A DNA stretch of 64,000 nt from the NCBI GenBank assembly GCA_963928385.1, contig CAWVEQ010000012.1:32957-96956 (forward strand), written 5' to 3'. A program made the position numbers and the translations under genes. Shown here piece after piece: positions 17,331 to 25,357 of the stretch. How positions within the stretch are numbered: the stretch's first letter is position 1; every line of letters starts with the position of its first letter. Below the pieces are notes generated by a model, which had not been told where the DNA came from, did no database searches, and saw nothing but the letters and a program-made list of their open reading frames with translations. The DNA comes from Candidatus Saccharimonadota bacterium (lineage in GTDB: Bacteria > Patescibacteriota > Saccharimonadia > Saccharimonadales > Saccharimonadaceae).

Positions 17331-17627
17331 ATGCATGTAGATAAGAATGCAACACTAGTCAACATTCCTCATGAACCTGTAGACCATGAGGTAGCGGTAA
17401 AAAACGTAGAAGCAATGCAGGCTATGGTCGATGACATCTTTCAGAAAATCCACGACGAGCTCCCAGAGGGCAAGTATCGGGATTACTATGACTCACATCG
17501 AGATGAGTTCTGGGACTGGTTTATGGATGGAGAGCACGACCTTTACCCAGTTGCAGCTTGGTTCTATGACCAAGGATTTACTGAGGCAATCGAAGACCCA
17601 GAGGTGTTCAAGCAGTTAGATTTGTAG
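17331..17627 (+). CDS. Small acidic protein B (98 aa), repeat-linked paralog of protein A
   Basis: By manual alignment about 63 of 98 residues are identical to 16827-17120. The shared core is IHDELPEGKYRDY..DEFxDWFxDGExDLYPVAxWFYDQGF. The upstream architecture is the same. Confidence 0.7.
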   Translation: MHVDKNATLVNIPHEPVDHEVAVKNVEAMQAMVDDIFQKIHDELPEGKYRDYYDSHRDEFWDWFMDGEHDLYPVAAWFYDQGFTEAIEDPEVFKQLDL

Positions 17628-18057
17628 GAAACAATTTAAGTCAAGCACCAATGAGTCAAAAAAATAAATAAAGGATTTTTATAAAAATATATTTAGTGAT
17701 GTCGAAGAGAAATAGAGTGTACCTGAAAAATAACGGTAGCTCGCTAGACAATGATAGGTCGGGCAGCTTGAGTGTGGACCTGAACAGTGATTATTTGCCT
17801 AAGTACGTTCGGTTTACGTTTAGGGATTGTAATATTATATTGGCGGTGACTATGAGGTCTGCAAAACACTGCGCGATCAGGGCGTAGCCAAAGATTTGTT
17901 TGGCACACTGAAAGAATTTGAAGGTATGAACTGGACTACCTTTATGAATCGATCGAGAAAAACGGGGCGGTCACAAGAGCAAAGGAACCAACCAAATTAT
18001 GCAAAGCTACGGGGGCGAGTTTCCTGACATCCAGCACACTTATCCCGGCGGTTGCAA

Positions 18058-18687
18058 CTAATCCAACTTTATCTTCTCTACAACATTAATTCCCGCATCG
18101 ACCAGAGATTTATACTTAACAAAATCGTCGTGGCTGCCGACGACCATGCCGTAGTGGGTGGGGATGGCGGTGGCGGGGCGAATTCTGTTGGTGAAGTTTG
18201 CCGCTTCGGTTGCATCCATGGTGTAAGTACCGCCAATGGGGATAAATAGTGTGTCGCAACGAATATTCTCGTTTTCTGGTAAGGCGTCGGTATCGCCCAT
18301 AATGTAGTAGATGGCGTTGTTAATGGTGACGACGTAGCCCACCCAATTATTAGCTTTGGGGTGGAAATCTTTATCGATGTTGTAGGCGGGAACGGCCTGG
18401 ACGTGAACACCGTCTAAATCTAACTCATCATTTGGCTGGACGCAGCGCAACTTATTGGCGTCAAAGCCTGTCTCTGCGAGCTTGTCATATACGTCACGCG
18501 GGGCGACGATTATAGTGCTCTCGTTGACGGCCTTTTGAATGTCCTCAGGCGAGAAGTGATCCCAATGGCTATGCGTAATGAAGACGTAATTCGCATCATG
18601 CTGCTCGGATATTTTTAGCGGGTCGAAATAAACCGCTAAACCACCGTTCTCGATTCGTATACTGCTCTGACAATTAACTGTTATCAT
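18058..18687 (-). CDS. MBL-fold metallo-hydrolase
   Basis: It has the HSHWDH (HxHxDH) motif and is 209 aa. Confidence 0.8.
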   Translation of the reverse strand: MITVNCQSSIRIENGGLAVYFDPLKISEQHDANYVFITHSHWDHFSPEDIQKAVNESTIIVAPRDVYDKLAETGFDANKLRCVQPNDELDLDGVHVQAVPAYNIDKDFHPKANNWVGYVVTINNAIYYIMGDTDALPENENIRCDTLFIPIGGTYTMDATEAANFTNRIRPATAIPTHYGMVVGSHDDFVKYKSLVDAGINVVEKIKLD

Positions 18688-18864
18688 GGCTCCTCCGATG
18701 TTGTGTAATAATCTAATTATAAATTGCCGAGCTATAAATAGCGAATAGAGGAAAGTCGCCGAATGAACTAAATAGCATCACCTCATAATTCAAGTAGCTT
18801 ATTTGGTCGGCATTTTTGCAATATTTGCCTAATGTGGTATTATCGTTACTGTAACTGGTGACGT

Positions 18865-18941
18865 GGGTTGCTAGCTCAGTTGGCTAGAGCACCTCGTTTA
18901 CACCGAGGGGGTCAGGGGTTCGAGTCCCTTGCGACCCACCA
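18865..18941 (+). tRNA. tRNA-Val (UAC), CCA encoded
   Basis: A cloverleaf can be drawn by hand: acceptor GGGTTGC/GCGACCC, anticodon loop TTTACAC, and T-loop TTCGAGT. Confidence 0.9.
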
Positions 18942-18960
18942 GATAACAATTTGACGGTAT

Positions 18961-19037
18961 GGGGCACTAGCTCATTTGGCTAGAGCGCTTCGCTGGCAGC
19001 GAAGAGGTGAGCGGTTCGAATCCGCTGTGCTCCACCA
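18961..19037 (+). tRNA. tRNA-Ala (GGC), CCA encoded
   Basis: The acceptor stem carries the G3:U70 identity pair and the anticodon loop is CTGGCAG. Confidence 0.9.
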
Positions 19038-19060
19038 GTTTTTATTGTCAGATTGTGTAT

Positions 19061-19137
19061 GGGCAGGTAGCTCAGCTGGCTAGAGCGCCACATTCACACT
19101 GTGGAGGTCGGGAGTTCGAGTCTCTTTCTGCCCACCA
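19061..19137 (+). tRNA. tRNA-Val (CAC), CCA encoded
   Basis: The acceptor is GGGCAGG/TCTGCCC, the anticodon stem is CCACA/TGTGG and the loop is TTCACAC. Confidence 0.9.
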
Positions 19138-19200
19138 GTTGCGAAATTATTATGTATGCTGCCTTAGCATACTATTTTTAATAAAGAATAGGCGCTAGCT

Positions 19201-20115
19201 ATGATTTCGTATTACCGTTCAACTATTCAGAGTCCACGGATGAAGAAACAGACCAAATTGCAACCTGGTTGCTGGATTAAATCCGAAAAGCCAACCGAGG
19301 CTAATTTGCAGTGGTTGGCTGGATTAAAGCTGGACGAGGATACTTTACGCGACGCTGTGGACCCGTATGAAGTGCCGCGCTTGGAGCGTGATGCTGTTTG
19401 GACGTATTATATTGCTCGCTTACCTGATACTAACGACGAACTAGGTGGCTTTACGACGCCAATTTTATTCGCTATCAGCGACAAGTATCTGGTGACGGTT
19501 AGTCGTGATAATCTGGGCTCGCTGTGGCAACCATTTATGGAACGTGACCGAATTCCAACAACCCAGCGGGGCAAGCTGTTCCTGGCTATTATCGGCGCAA
19601 TTATTGAGCAGTATGAGCGGCAGTTGGCGGTAATTAATCGGCGAATGCGGGCAATTATGCTAGATGTTTCGAATATTCGGGCGGGTGATGTGGCGATATT
19701 TACCGAGAACGAGCGCAAAGTAAACGACTATCTGGATGCTCTGGTGCCAATGAATTCATCATTAGAGAAGTTATTAAACAGCAATGCCTTAAAGTTGTTC
19801 GATAACGATGCGGACATGGTCGAGGACTTGTCGATTGACCTAGAGCAGTTGATTGCCCGGTGTAAGTCGCAGCTGCGTACCATTACTAATTTGCGCGATT
19901 CGTACCGAGCGATGATGGATAGCCAGCTGAACGCCACTATGCGCTTGCTGACAATTATCACGGTAGTTATGACTATTCCGACGGTAGTGGCAGGGATATT
20001 CGGCATGAATGTCCAGCTACCTGGTGGAGGAACCATTGCTGACTTTTGGTGGATTATTGGGCTAACTGGGTTGGCAGTGGTCGTCGTGGCGGTTTATTTA
20101 TTGAGAAAACGCTAG
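19201..20115 (+). CDS. corA: CorA-family Mg2+/Co2+ transporter
   Basis: Two C-terminal TM helices flank the GMN motif (GIFGMNV). Confidence 0.85.
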   Translation: MISYYRSTIQSPRMKKQTKLQPGCWIKSEKPTEANLQWLAGLKLDEDTLRDAVDPYEVPRLERDAVWTYYIARLPDTNDELGGFTTPILFAISDKYLVTVSRDNLGSLWQPFMERDRIPTTQRGKLFLAIIGAIIEQYERQLAVINRRMRAIMLDVSNIRAGDVAIFTENERKVNDYLDALVPMNSSLEKLLNSNALKLFDNDADMVEDLSIDLEQLIARCKSQLRTITNLRDSYRAMMDSQLNATMRLLTIITVVMTIPTVVAGIFGMNVQLPGGGTIADFWWIIGLTGLAVVVVAVYLLRKR

Positions 20116-20133
20116 GCTGACGCTATTGTGCTA

Positions 20134-20163
20134 TTGACAAATTAGGCTAATATGTGATAGTAT
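20134..20163 (+). promoter_or_regulatory. Strong sigma70-type promoter candidate upstream of the G+C-rich orphan gene
   Basis: TTGACA (20134-20139) is separated by 18 nt from TG-a-TAGTAT (20155-20163). Confidence 0.5.
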
Positions 20164-20214
20164 ATAAGCCGTTTCGCAGTAAGGGACTGCGATGTACCGA
20201 CGAAAGGTGGTTTT

Positions 20215-20862
20215 ATGGCACAGGCAAACAACATCGAGCTGTTCACCGTGGCAACGCCGGTTACGGCGTACAAGCTGGGCACTGTCCTGATGGTTGACAT
20301 GGGGCCGTTGCACGACATACCTCGAAGCGGGCTGGGTTCGACCGTCCTGATGGAGGATGGGGTGCGACTGGTTCGGACGCAGGAGAGGCCTGATGGTGCG
20401 CTGTATCGGCAGGGTTGGCATCTGATCGTTCGCCCGCTGATTAAGCCGTCGACCAGTGGCGTATCGATTGATGCGTACGCGGTTGATCCGGCTGATTTGC
20501 CGAATCTGCGTGGCAAGCCTCTGGCCGGTGATTTGGCCAACTACTTGGTCGACAGGGATCCGGCGGCTTATCGGCGGATTCGTCCGCTGTTGGATGACCT
20601 GCACCAGGCTGGCTTGGATTACCAGGTGTTCTGGTCGCGCGCTGAGAAGCGCCAGGTTATCCCGGTAACCGAGCAGCTGTTGGCTGACCCGCATCTGTGC
20701 AACCTGGGCTTGTCCGATGGCACCAGCCTGCGTATCCACAACGAGTGGGGCGAGGACTGCCTGGCAGTGCCGGGTGATGTGGTCGTTGTCACTGGTGCTA
20801 CGGATGGCACGGGCTATCGTGTGGAGGCGGCAGCCTTTGAGGCGAGCTACCAGCTGGCCTAG
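20215..20862 (+). CDS. Hypothetical protein (215 aa) in a compositionally atypical, G+C-rich segment
   Basis: It is a long ORF with an AAAGGTGG RBS. I recognise no domain. G+C-rich shadow ORFs occur on the opposite strand. Confidence 0.6.
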   Translation: MAQANNIELFTVATPVTAYKLGTVLMVDMGPLHDIPRSGLGSTVLMEDGVRLVRTQERPDGALYRQGWHLIVRPLIKPSTSGVSIDAYAVDPADLPNLRGKPLAGDLANYLVDRDPAAYRRIRPLLDDLHQAGLDYQVFWSRAEKRQVIPVTEQLLADPHLCNLGLSDGTSLRIHNEWGEDCLAVPGDVVVVTGATDGTGYRVEAAAFEASYQLA

Positions 20863-20891
20863 TTCATAACCATTTCGACGTAATGATTACA

Positions 20892-20918
20892 GGGGCGATC
20901 TGCGGGTCGCCCCTTTTT
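20892..20918 (+). terminator. Rho-independent terminator
   Basis: It forms a GGGGCGA-tctgcgg-TCGCCCC hairpin followed by TTTTT. Confidence 0.75.
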
Positions 20919-21025
20919 CTATGTCTACTATATCTAGTCCATGTTGAATTGTACTTTTTATCGGCGTTTTTTCAGTTTGTATGCATTATAATATAAATGT
21001 AATTGTAAGGAGAGGGGGAATTATT

Positions 21026-21703
21026 ATGAAGATACTGGTGATCGAGGATGAGCTAAAGCTGGCCAATGCCTTGAGTCGCGGGCTAAAGCAAGAAAACTAT
21101 GCTGTGGAGGTTTGCAATGATGGCAACGACGGATTGTCGGCCGCCTTACACGGCGAGTATGACTTGATGATCATTGACCGCATGTTGCCAGGCAAAGAGG
21201 GCGTTGAGATTGTTCGTGAGGTGCGAGCTAAGGGGATTAAAACGCCTATTATCATCCTGACCGCCAAGGGGCAAGTACGTAACCGAGTTGAGGGGCTTGA
21301 CGCTGGGGCGGATGACTACATGGTAAAGCCATTCAGCTTTGAGGAGCTGTTGGCACGCATGCGCGCTCTGCTTCGGCGTCCCACGGACACGGTAGATAAT
21401 ATTCTAAAGGTGGGCGACTTGACCTTGGACACTGGTCGTTTGGAAGTTCGCCGGGGTAAGAAACGAATTAAGTTAACCTCAACCGAGTATGCCTTACTAG
21501 AATATCTGATGCGTAACGAAGGTCGAACGCTTAGCAAAGACAAGATTATTGGTCATGTCTGGGACTTTGATGCCGATATTCTGCCGAATACCGTTGAGGC
21601 GTATATTGGTTCCCTGCGTCGCAAGATCGACAAGCCGTTTCCTGGCCCAGATCTAATCCACACTTTGCGCGGTTTTGGTTACCGATTGGAACTAGAGCAG
21701 TAA
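21026..21703 (+). CDS. OmpR-family response regulator
   Basis: The receiver domain is MKILVIEDE..DLMIIDRMLP, and the winged-helix C-terminus ends in RGFGYRL. The ATG at 21026 is preferred because of the upstream AGGAGAGGGGG. Confidence 0.9.
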   Translation: MKILVIEDELKLANALSRGLKQENYAVEVCNDGNDGLSAALHGEYDLMIIDRMLPGKEGVEIVREVRAKGIKTPIIILTAKGQVRNRVEGLDAGADDYMVKPFSFEELLARMRALLRRPTDTVDNILKVGDLTLDTGRLEVRRGKKRIKLTSTEYALLEYLMRNEGRTLSKDKIIGHVWDFDADILPNTVEAYIGSLRRKIDKPFPGPDLIHTLRGFGYRLELEQ

Positions 21704-21744
21704 TCTAACGGATTGTCTAAATGCGGCAGAACGGGAGGTAGTCA

Positions 21745-22713
21745 GTGAAGATATTTGATAAAGCCACCCTAAAGCTAACAGCTGTCTACACGGCTGTCAT
21801 TATGGTGATCTCGATTGGTTTCTCGGTCTGCCTGGGCATGGTAACAGTCGGCGAACTCAAGCGCCCATATGACGTACCTAGCTTGTTTAAGGAACTGCGA
21901 GTCGACGAGGACTTTACCAGAGTCTACCAAGTTAGATCAAAAAGTGTTGAGTCTAAAGTATGGGCTAGCCTGACGCTGATTAACATCAACATGCTAATCG
22001 TTGGCATAGCACTGTCGTACCTGCTGGCACGTTGGACGCTCAGGCCAATCGAGCGAGCCATGGATGATGAGACGCGCTTTGTATCGGACGCCAGCCACGA
22101 GCTAAGGACGCCACTGGCGACCATGCGCATGGAAAACGAAGTTCTACTGCGTGACACTGAGGCTAAGAAGTCTGATTATAAGGAGCAGTTGAAGAGCAAT
22201 CTCGAAGAGATCGACAAACTATGTCAATTGACGGACACGCTGTTGCGTCTGAGTGGTTCAAGTAAGCTGGAGATGGGCATTGTCGATGCTAGTAATGTTG
22301 TTGCTAGCGCCGTTGAGCGTATTAGCCATGTGGCAGAGGCCAAGAATATTGCGGTTGACAATAAAATAGGCCACTTTATGCTAAACACTAACGAGGATGC
22401 CCTATCTGAGATTGTCTATATCTTTCTAGATAATGCCGTGAAGTATGCGCCGGCTGACAGTACTGTGGAAATCTACAGTAGTGATAAGAAGAGTATCTCT
22501 GTGCGCGACCACGGCCCAGGTATAGCCGATAAGGATTTACCCAACATCTTTAACCGATTCTATCGTGCTGATGAATCACGTAATTCAGAAGGATTTGGCC
22601 TAGGTCTTAGCCTGGCTAGTCGAATGGCCGAGCAGTTAAATGGCAAGGTTCAAGCGGCCAACAACAGTGGTAAGAACGCCCCCGGAGCTACCTTTACGGT
22701 AAAACTGAAATAA
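21745..22713 (+). CDS. Sensor histidine kinase
   Basis: It has two N-terminal TM segments, the H-box SHELRTPL, and N and G boxes (DNAVKY, DHGPGI, GFGLGLS). Confidence 0.87.
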   Translation: MKIFDKATLKLTAVYTAVIMVISIGFSVCLGMVTVGELKRPYDVPSLFKELRVDEDFTRVYQVRSKSVESKVWASLTLININMLIVGIALSYLLARWTLRPIERAMDDETRFVSDASHELRTPLATMRMENEVLLRDTEAKKSDYKEQLKSNLEEIDKLCQLTDTLLRLSGSSKLEMGIVDASNVVASAVERISHVAEAKNIAVDNKIGHFMLNTNEDALSEIVYIFLDNAVKYAPADSTVEIYSSDKKSISVRDHGPGIADKDLPNIFNRFYRADESRNSEGFGLGLSLASRMAEQLNGKVQAANNSGKNAPGATFTVKLK

Positions 22714-22823
22714 TTGCAGGTAGATTAGATAATCAGAGCAAGGAGGCTGTGATGTAGCCACGTAGGCAACAAATACGGCCCAGTCACGGCTGGGCCGTAT
22801 TTGTTATGTTACAATTGAGTCAT

Positions 22824-22910
22824 GCGCTCGTGCTGGAATTGGTAGACAGGCATGCTTGAGGTGCATGTGTCGCTTGCGACGTGGAAGTTCAAGTCTTCTC
22901 GGGCGCACCA
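22824..22910 (+). tRNA. tRNA-Leu (GAG), long variable arm, CCA encoded
   Basis: The acceptor is GCGCTCG/CGGGCGC, the anticodon stem is CATGC/GCATG and the loop is TTGAGGT. Confidence 0.85.
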
Positions 22911-22918
22911 GAAATTAT

Positions 22919-24631
22919 TTAACTATCTTCTTTCATTAACTCGGTATAGGCAACTTTGCCAATTTTTGTTTTGGGCAGTGATTTGCGAAATTCTAGCTGT
23001 CGGGGCAGTTCAAACTTGGCTAGCTTTTCGCGACAGTGTTCCATAATTTTGTCACGCATTTCACCATTGGCCTTAACGCCGTCTTTTAGCACAACAAACG
23101 CCTTAGCGATATGACCACGATACTTATCTGGTATGCCGACGACTGTAGCAATTAGCACTTCAGGAACTTCGCAAATAACATGCTCTACCTGCGAGGGGTA
23201 GATGTTATAGCCACTGCTAATAATAATTCTCTTTAATCGCTGCTTAAAGTAGACAAAGCCATCGTTATCCATGTAGCCAATGTCTCCAGTGTGTAGCCAA
23301 ATATGACCGTCGTCGTGTAGGCGCAGAGCTTTGTTGGTCTCTTCTTGGTTATTGACGTAACCAGCCATCAGATTCGGGCCAGTGATGACAATTTCGCCCA
23401 GCTCGCCTACAGGCTTTTCAATATCCGTGCCTGGTTCAACTATTTTGTAATAGGCATCGGGACAGGGGACGCCAACGGTATTAGGACGATACATATCGTG
23501 CGGTGTTACGCATGACACGGATAAGCATTCGGCCAGTCCATAGCCCTGGATTAGATTAGCCTGACTGCCAGTTTTGCGCAGTAAATTCTCAATGTCTGTA
23601 TGTAAGGTATCGTCTAATAAATCTCCACCAGAAATGGCCAATTTAATACAGGATAGGTCTAGTTTGCGAATATGACGGTTGCGTAGCATGGCCTCAAATA
23701 GGGTGGGTACGCCAACCAATAGGTTGGGTTGGGCTTGGCGAAGCAGCCGGTCGAAGCGCTTAGCATCAAACTTGGGGTACATCTTGACCAGCATGTCGTT
23801 AACGAACATGGCATGGATGCCGACACCTAGGCCAAATCCGTGAAAGATGGGCATTATGCCTAAAATACTGTTGCCATGCATGGCAAACTCTGGGAACATC
23901 GCCTTGACCTGCATAGCCATCGAATTAAAGGCTAGGTTGCTCAGGGCGACTCCCTTAGGTGTGCCAGTTGTGCCACCACTGTAAATAATGGCCGCGATAT
24001 CTTTACTCTTGCCGTGTGTATTGACATCGCCGTAAAAGCGGGCGCCAGCGGCTAGCAGTTCCTGCCACAACATAACGTTGTTGCCGTGGGGACGCTCTTG
24101 CTTCTTATGTAGTAGTGGTATAAACGAGGCGATCTTCATGCCGGTTCTAGACACAAATGGTAGCGAGGCGGTGGGCGACAGGATGATAACCTGATTGAGG
24201 TTGACTTTGTCTAGAATTGGCTTAATTGCACTCCATGATACGTCAATGGCGACCAGATATTTGCTATCAGTTAAATTGATAGCATGTTCAATTTCCGCAG
24301 AGGCAGATAGTGGGTGAAAGATGTTGGCAACAGCCCCGATTTTATTGGCGGCGTAAATTGCGTAAATCGCTTCGGGTATGTTGGCACTGCAGATCGAGAT
24401 GACGTCGCCACGTTGGATGCCCAACGCCTTAAAGCCGCGCGCAGCCATATCCACTTGGCGCATCAACTCCTCATAACTAATCTGGTTGCCGAAATAATCA
24501 ATGGCAATATCTAGGGGATGCTGGTTGGCATTGCGCTCAACCAAGTCATACATAGAAATGTTAGGATAACGCAGTGACTTTTTGTGATGTCCGTAAAATT
24601 TCAGCCACGGCGCTTTTAAACGTTTAGCCAT
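22919..24631 (-). CDS. Long-chain fatty-acid--CoA ligase / AMP-dependent synthetase
   Basis: It has the AMP-binding motif IIYSGGTTGTPKGV and GYGLAE, TGDIG core motifs. Confidence 0.85.
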   Translation of the reverse strand: MAKRLKAPWLKFYGHHKKSLRYPNISMYDLVERNANQHPLDIAIDYFGNQISYEELMRQVDMAARGFKALGIQRGDVISICSANIPEAIYAIYAANKIGAVANIFHPLSASAEIEHAINLTDSKYLVAIDVSWSAIKPILDKVNLNQVIILSPTASLPFVSRTGMKIASFIPLLHKKQERPHGNNVMLWQELLAAGARFYGDVNTHGKSKDIAAIIYSGGTTGTPKGVALSNLAFNSMAMQVKAMFPEFAMHGNSILGIMPIFHGFGLGVGIHAMFVNDMLVKMYPKFDAKRFDRLLRQAQPNLLVGVPTLFEAMLRNRHIRKLDLSCIKLAISGGDLLDDTLHTDIENLLRKTGSQANLIQGYGLAECLSVSCVTPHDMYRPNTVGVPCPDAYYKIVEPGTDIEKPVGELGEIVITGPNLMAGYVNNQEETNKALRLHDDGHIWLHTGDIGYMDNDGFVYFKQRLKRIIISSGYNIYPSQVEHVICEVPEVLIATVVGIPDKYRGHIAKAFVVLKDGVKANGEMRDKIMEHCREKLAKFELPRQLEFRKSLPKTKIGKVAYTELMKEDS

Positions 24632-24638
24632 GGCTTAA

Positions 24639-25352
24639 TTATACAACAGGTCGTTCCTTACTAGGGTTGCGAGCGGGCTTGCCAGGCAGTAGTTTGGGGT
24701 GGGTGGCGCCAGCCTGGCGCATTAGTTGCAGTGTAAGTTGTTCGAGGTAATGTGTTGCACCGTCAACATCTGTCGCGCCGTCGGTATGGTAGCTGTGACC
24801 GACCTGGATACGACACCGGCCAAACCATAGTGGTCGTGGGCGTCCCATAATGGCAACGGGTAGGATAGGGGTGCCTGTCTCAATGGCTAGCTTGACGGCG
24901 CCATGCTTAAATGGCAGTAGTTCCTGCGTATCTTTGAACTTGGTTGTTCCTTCGGGGAAAATGACTATCACTTTATTGTCCTCTAAATACTTGCGCGCTT
25001 CAGCTAAGCCAGAGCCTGTTTTATTCCTATCTACGCGCACTAGGCCTAAATGGCGAAAGAACCAGCCGAAGCGCCCATCCAGCAGTTCGGATTTGGCTAG
25101 AAAATGTAAGTTGCGGTTAAAGCGGGCGACCAATAGGACAGGGTCGTGATGGCCAATATGGTTGCAAGTGATAATTAGCGGCTGATTGGTGGGTAGCGCG
25201 GAATAGTTCTCTATACCTTGGATGCGACTGGGGAATAGAGCTCGGTAAATCGTGTGGGCTAGTAGTCGCAGAACGGTCATTAGACAAGAATTAGCCATAA
25301 GCATATTATAATGATTAATTGTAGACATGGCAAATAAATGGTATAATACCAC
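24639..25352 (-). CDS. 1-acyl-sn-glycerol-3-phosphate acyltransferase (PlsC-like)
   Basis: It has the HX4D motif NHIGHHDP and the FPEGT motif. The true start is probably an internal Met (around 25304 or 25280), because the maximal ORF leaves only 5 bp to the divergent gene. Confidence 0.75.
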   Translation of the reverse strand: MVLYHLFAMSTINHYNMLMANSCLMTVLRLLAHTIYRALFPSRIQGIENYSALPTNQPLIITCNHIGHHDPVLLVARFNRNLHFLAKSELLDGRFGWFFRHLGLVRVDRNKTGSGLAEARKYLEDNKVIVIFPEGTTKFKDTQELLPFKHGAVKLAIETGTPILPVAIMGRPRPLWFGRCRIQVGHSYHTDGATDVDGATHYLEQLTLQLMRQAGATHPKLLPGKPARNPSKERPVV

Positions 25353-25357
25353 TGTTT

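Noticed and set aside
16193-17355. Minus-strand ORFs at 16193-16531, 16602-16883 and 17170-17355 have internally repeated peptides (SAIRLFNTTLK, VQLYDYLTRLSN).
   Set aside because: The repeated peptides are simply translations of the 36-nt CRISPR repeat in different frames. These are not genes.
20131-20810. Long minus-strand and alternative-frame ORFs lie at 20131-20739, 20142-20540, 20456-20668 and 20619-20810.
   Set aside because: They are shadow ORFs caused by the high G+C content of the 20215-20862 gene. They have no RBS and their amino-acid composition is rich in Arg, Pro and Gln.
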